In this document: piece after piece, positions 30,573 to 37,722 of the stretch
Position numbering within the stretch: the stretch's first letter is position 1
Layout of the letters: the number at the start of each line of letters is the position of its first letter
Source: an uncultured Bacilli bacterium
Lineage (GTDB): Bacteria > Bacillota_I > Bacilli_A > RF39 > UBA660
NCBI GenBank assembly: GCA_947632735.1
Contig: CANRQG010000002.1
Location: 1-37,722 of the forward strand
Direction of reading: 5' to 3'
DNA length: 37,722 nucleotides
Made by a program: the position numbers and the translations under genes
Notes under the pieces: model-generated
Told to the model about the DNA's origin: nothing
Database searches by the model: none
What the model saw: only the letters and a program-made list of their open reading frames with translations

Positions 30573-30842
30573 GTGGCATTAACTAAAGAAGAAAAAGCTA
30601 GTATTATTAAAGAATTTGCTAAAAATGACAAAGATACTGGGTCTTGTGAAGTACAAATTGCTATTCTAACAAAAGAAATTAACGACTTAACTGAACATTT
30701 AAAAGTTCATATCCACGACCATCATTCACGTAGAGGACTTCTTAAAAAAGTTGGTCAACGTCGTAATATGTTACAATACTTAGCTAAAAAAGATATTCAA
30801 AGTTATCGTGAAGTAATAAAAAAATTAGGTTTAAGAAAGTAG
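30573..30842 (+). CDS. rpsO: 30S ribosomal protein S15
   Basis: 89 aa with a GTG start after [52 protein letters not shown] is the canonical S15 core. Confidence 0.95.
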   Translation: MALTKEEKASIIKEFAKNDKDTGSCEVQIAILTKEINDLTEHLKVHIHDHHSRRGLLKKVGQRRNMLQYLAKKDIQSYREVIKKLGLRK

Positions 30843-30871
30843 ACACTTATTTTTCGTGTCTCTTTTTTTTC
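30841..30871 (+). terminator. rho-independent terminator after rpsO
   Basis: agacac (30841-30846) pairs with gtgtct (30856-30861), followed by cT8. Confidence 0.65.
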
Positions 30872-30889
30872 TAGATAAGGGGGATAATA

Positions 30890-31726
30890 ATGGAAAAATA
30901 CCTAGAAGATGAATTTAGAATTTATAATTTATTAGACAAAATCGCACTAGCTAGAGAAAAAGGTTTTTCACTTACTGAAGAAAGTTTTTCTCTTAAAGTT
31001 GGTCCTAAAAATTATCAAGTTCAGTTTTTAGAAGACCAAAAAGAAAATAAAAATACTTATTCCTTTATTTTAAAAAATAAGTCTAAAACTATTGAAATAA
31101 AAAGAAAAAGTAAAATAAATACTAATACTTGTGAAATAGATTATTCTATTAAAAGTAATACTTCACCTGATAATAGAAAAATAAAAGTTTCCTTTGATAA
31201 AGATAAAAAAGAAGAAGCAATTTTCTATGAAGAAACGCAAGAATCTAAAACTATTGAAAAAACTTATGACTTTAAAACCGGCAAAATCAAAAAAGTTTTT
31301 TCTAGTCCTTATACTTATTTATTAAGTAACGAAAAAATTGTTTTTCCTTTAGTTGAAGAAACCTTTGCTTTTAAAGATAATGATATCTATTTACTTCAAA
31401 AAGAAGCTCTTTCCTTTACTGATATTATAAAAAAGCTAGATGAAAAAAGTAGAGAACTTCTAACTCTTAAAAGTAAATTAGAAGAATTAAATATCGATGC
31501 TTCAAAAGAAACATCTTCATTACTAGAAAAAATAACTTCTCGTAAAGCCTATTTAGAAAATATCAAAAAACATCTATTATATGTTAAAACTAAATTATTT
31601 AAATTTCCGCCTAAATTATCTTTTATAAGTCTAAAAGAACTAGAAGAAATCGCAACTTCATTAGAAGAAAAAATTACTTTTTCTAAACAAAAAGATAATT
31701 TATTTACCAAAACTTTAAAAAAATAG
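30890..31726 (+). CDS. hypothetical Lys/Glu-rich protein inserted between rpsO and pnp
   Basis: 278 aa with an AAGGGGG RBS, no TM and a coiled-coil-like C-terminal third. I recognised no family. Confidence 0.55.
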   Translation: MEKYLEDEFRIYNLLDKIALAREKGFSLTEESFSLKVGPKNYQVQFLEDQKENKNTYSFILKNKSKTIEIKRKSKINTNTCEIDYSIKSNTSPDNRKIKVSFDKDKKEEAIFYEETQESKTIEKTYDFKTGKIKKVFSSPYTYLLSNEKIVFPLVEETFAFKDNDIYLLQKEALSFTDIIKKLDEKSRELLTLKSKLEELNIDASKETSSLLEKITSRKAYLENIKKHLLYVKTKLFKFPPKLSFISLKELEEIATSLEEKITFSKQKDNLFTKTLKK

Positions 31727-31757
31727 TTATAATAGTTATTAGAAAAGAGGTAGTTTT

Positions 31758-33923
31758 ATGAAAAAGAAAAAATTTGAATTAGATTTTCACGGAAGAAAAT
31801 TAATTGTTGAATATGGTGAGTTAGCGAAACAAGCTGATGGCGCTGTCTTAGTTAGATATAATGATACTGTTGTTTTAACCGCCGCTGTTGTCTCTAAAAA
31901 TGTTAATTTATTATCTGACTTTTTTCCATTAACAGTTAATTATCAAGAAAAACTATATTCCGTTGGTAAAATACCAGGTGGTTTTATTAAAAGAGAGGGT
32001 AGACCTAGTGAAGCTGCTACTTTAGCGGCCCGTATGATTGATAGACCAATGCGTCCTCTTTTTCCTGAGGGCTTTAAAAATGAAGTGCAAATAATATCTA
32101 CTGTTTTATCCGTAGACCAAGAATGTTCTCCAGAATTAACCGCAATGTTTGGCTCATCTCTAGCTGTTTCTATTTCTAAAATTCCGTTTAACGGACCTAT
32201 TGCTGGTGTTAAAATTGGTCGTGTAGATGGTAAATTTATCATTAACCCAACTCCAGAAGAATTAGAAGAATCTGAATTAGACTTAACTGTTGCTGGTACA
32301 AAAGAAGCTATTAATATGGTTGAATCTAGTGCTAAGCAAGTAAGTGAAGATATTATGCTTGAAGCTCTAATGTATGGTCATAAAGCTGTTAAAGAATTAG
32401 TTAAGTTCCAAGAAAAGATAATTGCTGAAATAGGCGAAGAAAAAATGGAATACGAAACCCTTGTTCCTGATGAAGAAATGGTAACTAGAATTAGAAGTCT
32501 AATTACTAAAAAAATGGATAAAGCTCTTCGTATTAAAGATAAATTAAAAAAATATGCAACTATTGATGAAATAAAAGAAGAAGTAATTGAACTTTACACT
32601 AAAGAAAATGAAGATAAGCTAAAAGACGAAGAATTAAAAGAATTGCTAGTTAAAGCCGAAATGGTTGTCTCAGATGTTGAATATGAATTATTTAGAAATA
32701 TTGTTGTTAAAGAACATATCAGGTCTGATGGTCGAAAGATGGATGAAATTAGAAAACTATCAACAGATATTGACTTACTTCCTAGAACTCACGGTTCCGC
32801 TTTGTTCACAAGAGGCGAAACCCAAGCTCTTTCCACGACAACACTAGGGGCTCTAAATGAACATCAAATTATTGATGGACTAAGTATGGAAGACCAAAAG
32901 CGTTTTATGCTTCACTACAATTTTCCACAATTTTCTGTTGGTGAAACAGGTCGCTATGGCGCTCCTGGTAGAAGAGAAATAGGCCACGGTGCCTTAGGTG
33001 AAAAAGCCTTAGCTCAAGTAATTCCTTCCGAAGAGGAGTTCCCATACACGATTCGTGTTGTCTCAGAAATATTGGAATCAAATGGTTCCTCATCTCAAGC
33101 TAGTATCTGTGCCGGCTGTATGTCTCTAATGGCTGCGGGTGTCCCAATAAAAGCTCCTGTTGCTGGTATTGCTATGGGACTAATTACTGCTGGTGATGAT
33201 TATACTATCCTTACTGATATTCAAGGTATGGAAGACCATCTTGGTGATATGGACTTTAAAGTAGCTGGAACTAAAGATGGTATTACCGCTTTACAAATGG
33301 ATATTAAAATTAAAGGAATAACCGAAAATATTCTAAAAGAAGCCCTATATCAAGCTAAAAAAGCTCGTCTAGAAATCTTAAAAGTAATTGCTAAACAAAT
33401 TAAAGAACCACGTAAAGAAGTATCAAAATATGCTCCAAAAATGGAAACCTTTACTATTAACCCATTACGTATTAAAGATGTTATTGGTAAAGGTGGCGAA
33501 ACAATAACTAAAATTATTTGTGAAGCATCTAATGTAACAGAAGTTACTAATGTAAATGCTGTTAAAGTTGAACTTGAAGATGATGGCCGTGTAATTATCT
33601 ATCATTCTGATAAAGATATTATTGCTAAAACAAGAAAAATGATAGAAGACATTACAAGAGAAGTAGAAATTGGTCAAATATATGAAGCTAAAGTTGTCAA
33701 AATAGAAGACTTTGGTTGCTTCGTTGAATTATGGCCAGGCTGTGAGGGACTAGTTCACGTTTCTCAACTTGCTTATGACCACGTCAAAAATGTTGAAGAC
33801 GTTGTCAAAGTAGGCGATGAAATCATTGTCAAGGCTTTAGGTACTGATAAGAAAGGTCGTCAAAACTTCTCTAGACGTGATGCCTTACCAAAACCAAAAG
33901 AAAAAAAATCTAAAGAAAAGTAA
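31758..33923 (+). CDS. pnp: polyribonucleotide nucleotidyltransferase (PNPase)
   Basis: 721 aa with two RNase PH-like halves ([18 protein letters not shown]), a KH domain (IGKGGETI) and an S1 domain ([19 protein letters not shown]). Confidence 0.95.
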   Translation: MKKKKFELDFHGRKLIVEYGELAKQADGAVLVRYNDTVVLTAAVVSKNVNLLSDFFPLTVNYQEKLYSVGKIPGGFIKREGRPSEAATLAARMIDRPMRPLFPEGFKNEVQIISTVLSVDQECSPELTAMFGSSLAVSISKIPFNGPIAGVKIGRVDGKFIINPTPEELEESELDLTVAGTKEAINMVESSAKQVSEDIMLEALMYGHKAVKELVKFQEKIIAEIGEEKMEYETLVPDEEMVTRIRSLITKKMDKALRIKDKLKKYATIDEIKEEVIELYTKENEDKLKDEELKELLVKAEMVVSDVEYELFRNIVVKEHIRSDGRKMDEIRKLSTDIDLLPRTHGSALFTRGETQALSTTTLGALNEHQIIDGLSMEDQKRFMLHYNFPQFSVGETGRYGAPGRREIGHGALGEKALAQVIPSEEEFPYTIRVVSEILESNGSSSQASICAGCMSLMAAGVPIKAPVAGIAMGLITAGDDYTILTDIQGMEDHLGDMDFKVAGTKDGITALQMDIKIKGITENILKEALYQAKKARLEILKVIAKQIKEPRKEVSKYAPKMETFTINPLRIKDVIGKGGETITKIICEASNVTEVTNVNAVKVELEDDGRVIIYHSDKDIIAKTRKMIEDITREVEIGQIYEAKVVKIEDFGCFVELWPGCEGLVHVSQLAYDHVKNVEDVVKVGDEIIVKALGTDKKGRQNFSRRDALPKPKEKKSKEK

Positions 33924-33948
33924 ACACCAAATTGTTTGCTTTTTTTTC
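33920..33948 (+). terminator. terminator after pnp
   Basis: gtaaaca / tgtttgc forms a 7-bp stem (one G:U), followed by T8 (33940-33947). Confidence 0.45.
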
Positions 33949-33986
33949 TAAAAAGATGGTATACTCTTATTAGATAGGATGTTGCT

Positions 33987-34916
33987 ATGAAAAAAGAGTT
34001 TGCTATTAAAAATAAATTTACTATGAAAAAGACCTTTTTACTAATCTTAACACTTTTTACTGTCATCTTTAGCTTTACTGCCATTCCAACCCAAGCTGAC
34101 TCTGGCTGGGATTTTGACTATGATTCAGGTAGTTCTTGGGATAGTAGTTGGAGCTCATCTGATAGCTGGGATAGTAGTTGGGACAGTAGCGGAGACTATG
34201 ATACATCTTTTTCTTCCGGTAGCATACCTATTACCTCATCATCTATAACTAGCATCCTTATCTTTATTGTTGGTATGATTATTTTCATTGAAATATTTTA
34301 TACCCTTATCAAAAATATGAAGAAAATGAATACCCTTACTATCAATAATAATTATAACGATGTCTCCTTAGAACAAGTAGAAAGTATTGATAAAACAATT
34401 GATATTTCTAAGCTAAAAACCCATCTTTTTGAAATCTATGAAAAAATTCAAATAGCTTGGATGAACTTTGACTATGATACAATTAGAAAAAATACTACTG
34501 ATGAATTATTTAATATGTATAAAGCTCAACTAGATACTTTAAAACTAAAAAAACAAAAAAATATTATGGAAGATATTACTTTTAAAGAAGCTAAAATCTA
34601 TGATATTAAAAAAGACCAAGCTGTTATTACTGTTAAAGTCTACCTAGTTGTCAGTTTCTATGACTATGTTATCAAAGAAGCAACCAATGAAGTAGTACGT
34701 GGTGATAAAAAGACCAAAATGCAAGTTAAATATGAGCTAACCTTTGTTAAATCAGCCCTTAATAATAATCAAGTTGAAAAATGTCCCAACTGTGGTGCTC
34801 CAGTAGATATAAATGCTAGCGCTACTTGTCCATATTGTGACAGTACCTTAGTAAAAACAGCTAGTAATTATGTTTTAAGTAAAAAAACTTGCATTGGTCA
34901 AGAAAAAGATAGGTGA
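33987..34916 (+). CDS. YdjG-like membrane protein with S/D/W-rich repeat, Tim44-like domain and C-terminal zinc ribbon
   Basis: 309 aa. It has a signal peptide, the low-complexity stretch DSGWDFDYDSGSSWDSSWSSSDSWDSSWDSSGDYD, a TM, a Tim44-like-sized domain and CPNCGAPV...CPYCDS. Confidence 0.55.
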   Translation: MKKEFAIKNKFTMKKTFLLILTLFTVIFSFTAIPTQADSGWDFDYDSGSSWDSSWSSSDSWDSSWDSSGDYDTSFSSGSIPITSSSITSILIFIVGMIIFIEIFYTLIKNMKKMNTLTINNNYNDVSLEQVESIDKTIDISKLKTHLFEIYEKIQIAWMNFDYDTIRKNTTDELFNMYKAQLDTLKLKKQKNIMEDITFKEAKIYDIKKDQAVITVKVYLVVSFYDYVIKEATNEVVRGDKKTKMQVKYELTFVKSALNNNQVEKCPNCGAPVDINASATCPYCDSTLVKTASNYVLSKKTCIGQEKDR

Positions 34917-35437
34917 TAAAAGTGAGAGAATTTAATGAAGCCTTATTCAAAACGAAAGTTGATAACATCTTTGTCAAAATACATACCGCTATAATGCAAG
35001 AAAATCTAGAAGAAGTAAAACATTTTCTAAGTGATGACTTATATCTAAAACTAACTACTTATCTTAACGAATTAGCTAGTAAAAATGTTAGACAAATCTA
35101 TGATGAAATAAATGTTAAAAATACCTTTATAAAGAAAAGAACTATTACTAATGATAAAGAAATAGTCGAAGTCAATTTAACTTCTAGATATATGGATTAC
35201 ATTATTGATAAAAAAACAGGTACTACTATAAAAGGTGATGATAAAAGAAGAGTAGAAAAAAATAACTATCTTGTCTTTGAAAAAAAATTAAATGTCAAAG
35301 CGGATACTTTAGTAAAACATTGTCCTGGCTGTGGAGCTAGCCTAAGTGTTAATACAACCGGAAAATGCTCTTACTGTGGCCGAACTTTTGACTTAGAAAA
35401 TTATGATTATATATTAGTTGCTTTTAATAAAGATTAA
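34913..35437 (+). CDS. YdjH-position protein with Tim44-like domain and C-terminal zinc ribbon
   Basis: About 174 aa. The start is GTG at 34913 or 34922, overlapping the upstream stop. It carries CPGCGASL...CSYCGR. Confidence 0.5.
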   Translation: MIKVREFNEALFKTKVDNIFVKIHTAIMQENLEEVKHFLSDDLYLKLTTYLNELASKNVRQIYDEINVKNTFIKKRTITNDKEIVEVNLTSRYMDYIIDKKTGTTIKGDDKRRVEKNNYLVFEKKLNVKADTLVKHCPGCGASLSVNTTGKCSYCGRTFDLENYDYILVAFNKD

Positions 35438-35459
35438 CAAATTAAAGGAGGAAAAATTT

Positions 35460-36551
35460 ATGGGTTTAATAAAAGCTTTAACTAGTTCAACTTCATCAGT
35501 ACTAGGAGACCAATTTAAAGAATATATCACTTGTGATGAAATGTCTAATGGTGTTCTAATCGAAAGGGGTACCATCCATCACGGTTCCGCTAATAAAAAG
35601 CCAACTGAGGGCATAATTACCAATGGCAGCACCATCATTGTTCCAGAAAGTTGCGCTATGATGTTAATTGATAATGGTAAAATCGTTGAGTTCTCTGCCG
35701 AAGCTGGCACCTATACTTATGATAATTCTACTGAGCCGAGTATCTTTACCGGCGGTTTTGGTAAAGGCCTACTTGACAGTATCAAAAAGATAGGTAGCCG
35801 TATTACTTATGGTGGAGCTAGCGCTAAAGACCAAAGAGTCTACTATGTTAATTTATTAGCGTTAACAGGAAATAAGTTTGGTTCACCACAACCAAAGAAA
35901 ATTACCGATGACAAATATGGTATGCTAGAAGTAACCTTCTTTGGTGAATACGCTATTAAAGTAGAAAATCCCGCTCTTTTAGTAAAAGCCGTAATTGGAA
36001 CTAATGCTAAAGATAAAGTTTATTTTTCTGATATTCTAGAAGACCAATTTAAAGCTAAGTTTGTTGAAAAATTAACTGAAGCTATTACTAAAGTTATGCG
36101 TAAAGAAAAAGTTCCATTTGGTGATGTCGGTATGTATCAAACCGATATTTCAAATGAGATGAACACCTTGTTAGCGCAAGATTTAGTCGATAAATATGGT
36201 ATTAAGATAAGCGATGTTGCCCTTATGGATATTAACTTAACTGACGAATCAATGAAAAGAGTCTCTAAAATTGATGATGCGACTATTTTCTCTGATACTA
36301 AACTTCAAAGTGGTCTAATGGCTACATCCTCAGCTGAAGCTTTAAAAAATGCCTCTATTAATGAAAATGGCTCTATGATGGGCTTTATGGGTATGAATAT
36401 GGCTAATAACGTTGGCGCAAACCTTATGGGAGCTGTTTCTAATAATGCTAACGAAACAACACCATCAAAAGAAGCAAAATTCTGTCCTAATTGTGGAACC
36501 CCTACTAATGATACTAATTTTTGTAGTAATTGTGGAGCCAAATTAAAGTAA
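35460..36551 (+). CDS. SPFH-domain / virion-core-like protein (YdjI-like) with C-terminal zinc ribbon
   Basis: ATG 35460 lies 9 nt after AAGGAGG, and the ORF-track TTG at 35418 overlaps the previous gene. The MGLIKALTSS N-terminus and the layout resemble B. subtilis YdjI-type proteins from memory. The C-terminus carries CPNCGTPT...CSNCGAKL. Confidence 0.6.
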   Translation: MGLIKALTSSTSSVLGDQFKEYITCDEMSNGVLIERGTIHHGSANKKPTEGIITNGSTIIVPESCAMMLIDNGKIVEFSAEAGTYTYDNSTEPSIFTGGFGKGLLDSIKKIGSRITYGGASAKDQRVYYVNLLALTGNKFGSPQPKKITDDKYGMLEVTFFGEYAIKVENPALLVKAVIGTNAKDKVYFSDILEDQFKAKFVEKLTEAITKVMRKEKVPFGDVGMYQTDISNEMNTLLAQDLVDKYGIKISDVALMDINLTDESMKRVSKIDDATIFSDTKLQSGLMATSSAEALKNASINENGSMMGFMGMNMANNVGANLMGAVSNNANETTPSKEAKFCPNCGTPTNDTNFCSNCGAKLK

Positions 36552-36591
36552 TAATCTTAACTAAATTATAATATTATAGTATACATTTTTC

Positions 36592-36621
36592 TTGACAACA
36601 CTTATAAAAGAAGAGTAATAT
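36592..36621 (+). promoter_or_regulatory. candidate sigma-A promoter
   Basis: TTGACA (36592-36597), an 18-nt spacer, then TAATAT (36616-36621). Confidence 0.45.
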
Positions 36622-36632
36622 ATAATAAAGGG

Positions 36633-37526
36633 ATGATAAAAATGTCGAAGAAAGTTAAACAAGTAAAAAAATACCTACAGAAATTTACTGGTAAAATAAA
36701 AAATAAAAGTGATAAAGCTTTAGTAGGTTCTATAATAGTAGTTGTCTTCTTTATGAGTATGTGCTATTCAATATTAAATAGAAATTTAAATATAAGTGGT
36801 GATTTAACTTATCGACCTAATCTCGATATGCGTATAACTAATGTTACTTATAAAACATCAACTGATGGTAATCCGGCTGTTCAATACCTAGATTTTTCTA
36901 GAAAAGAAATAAGTTTTGGTTATGTATCTAGTGCTGAAGGTACCATAACACTTACTGTTGAAGTAACTAATTATTCACTTGATCCCGCTGGTATCTTATC
37001 AATAGACAACCTACCTGAAGATGCTGTCATTGAAGGTTATGAGATAGGTACTAAGTTAAAAGCTGATAACGGTGAGAGTGGAGTTGGAATGATAAAGACC
37101 TTTACTATTACCTTTAAAGCTAAAGCCAGTGAGACAAAATCTTATCTCTTAAAGTTTAATTTTGTTCCAGTACTTAAAGTAACATATGATAAAGAATTTA
37201 AGCAAACAACTGGCTTTAAGACCGAAGTTTTAAAAGGAGCAACCTTTACTCAAGATATCGGTGTTAATTCACCAATAACCAATGGTTCTGAGAAAACTAA
37301 AAATACAACTCCAGAATTAATCGTTAAAATGGGTAGTGTAAGACTAGAAGAAGGCTATACTTATGAAAATGGTGTTTTAACAATACCTAATGTAACTGGT
37401 AACCTTGAAATAGATTTATTATCCGCTAGTTATTTAGGATTTGACCCAACTAAGACAGGTTTAACTCAGTGTTCAAATGTACAATGTGCAATTGATGAAA
37501 TTAATAAAATAATAGATAAGATGTAA
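36633..37526 (+). CDS. hypothetical signal-anchored secreted protein
   Basis: 297 aa (alternative ATG at 36642). It has a basic N-terminus, one TM, then LNRNLNISGDLTY and a beta-rich ectodomain. I recognised no family. Confidence 0.55.
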   Translation: MIKMSKKVKQVKKYLQKFTGKIKNKSDKALVGSIIVVVFFMSMCYSILNRNLNISGDLTYRPNLDMRITNVTYKTSTDGNPAVQYLDFSRKEISFGYVSSAEGTITLTVEVTNYSLDPAGILSIDNLPEDAVIEGYEIGTKLKADNGESGVGMIKTFTITFKAKASETKSYLLKFNFVPVLKVTYDKEFKQTTGFKTEVLKGATFTQDIGVNSPITNGSEKTKNTTPELIVKMGSVRLEEGYTYENGVLTIPNVTGNLEIDLLSASYLGFDPTKTGLTQCSNVQCAIDEINKIIDKM

Positions 37527-37552
37527 AAGATAGCGTTAGTTATCTTTTTTCT
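37525..37552 (+). terminator. rho-independent terminator
   Basis: aaagata (37526-37532) pairs with tatcttt (37541-37547) across an 8-nt loop, followed by a T-run to 37550. Confidence 0.6.
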
Positions 37553-37560
37553 TTGGGTGC

Positions 37561-37598
37561 CAAAAACTTTTTCTTGAATAAATTATCCAAGAAAAAGT
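37561..37598 (-). terminator. 11-bp perfect inverted repeat, terminator-like on the minus strand
   Basis: actttttcttg (37566-37576) pairs with caagaaaaagt (37588-37598). On the minus strand the hairpin is followed by TTTTTG (complement of 37561-37566). It could terminate a minus-strand gene lying beyond the window. Confidence 0.4.
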
Positions 37599-37652
37599 AA
37601 GGAAGACTATAAAAAGCTAATAAAAATAAAAAATTATGACACAAATTATAGA

Positions 37653-37717
37653 TTTGCAAATTAATTTAACTCAGTAATTGCAAAATAATTTGTTCAAAAA
37701 ATTTGCAAAATAATTTA
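37653..37717. repeat. three direct copies of a TTGCAAA(A/T)TAATTT motif spaced 24-25 bp
   Basis: tttgcaaattaattta (37653-37668), attgcaaaataatttg (37677-37692) and tttgcaaaataattta (37702-37717). Confidence 0.7.
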
Positions 37718-37722
37718 ATCAA

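Noticed and set aside
1-37722. CRISPR arrays, tRNA, rRNA, IS elements or transposases
   Set aside because: I saw no regularly spaced repeat/spacer structure, no GC-rich cloverleaf-like segments and no transposase-like ORFs on either strand.

Overview
This is a low-GC, Firmicutes-type chromosomal segment. By eye it looks Erysipelotrichia- or Clostridia-like. It uses the standard genetic code, since TGA terminates murF and other ORFs. All protein genes except one lie on the + strand.

Left flank (1-3.2 kb): a partial alpha/beta hydrolase, a MurF-type ligase with an unusual polytopic membrane N-terminus, and ddl.

Right flank (28.1-37.7 kb): rpmG (missing from the ORF track), efp, a VUT-like permease, a CPBP protease (- strand), rpsO, an unknown ORF, pnp, a YdjG/YdjH/YdjI-like Tim44/SPFH zinc-ribbon envelope module, and a secreted unknown.

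Between the flanks is a ~25 kb co-directional island (3.3-28.1 kb), the main point of interest. It has three parts:
(a) A polytopic membrane protein, a large anchored surface protein, a class B sortase with no visible substrate, and a 1100-aa cysteine-rich secreted protein.
(b) A Tad/Flp-type pilus module: CpaB-like, CpaF/TadA ATPase, TadB/TadC-like platform proteins, an unannotated 55-aa mini-pilin with its own consensus promoter, pseudopilin-like proteins, and a TadZ-like protein with a degenerate P-loop.
(c) A Gram-positive-type T4SS module in pCF10 prgH-I-J-K-L order: two VirB2/pilin-like paralogs, VirB6-like, PrgI/VirB3-like, a VirB4 split into two coupled ORFs, a SpoIID-like plus Cys-peptidase wall hydrolase, and a possible VirB8-position protein. 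A DUF1016 nuclease-fold gene interrupts this module.

The island has no relaxase, coupling ATPase, integrase, prepilin peptidase, tRNA or flanking repeats. All family calls rest on by-eye motif recognition. No searches were run.
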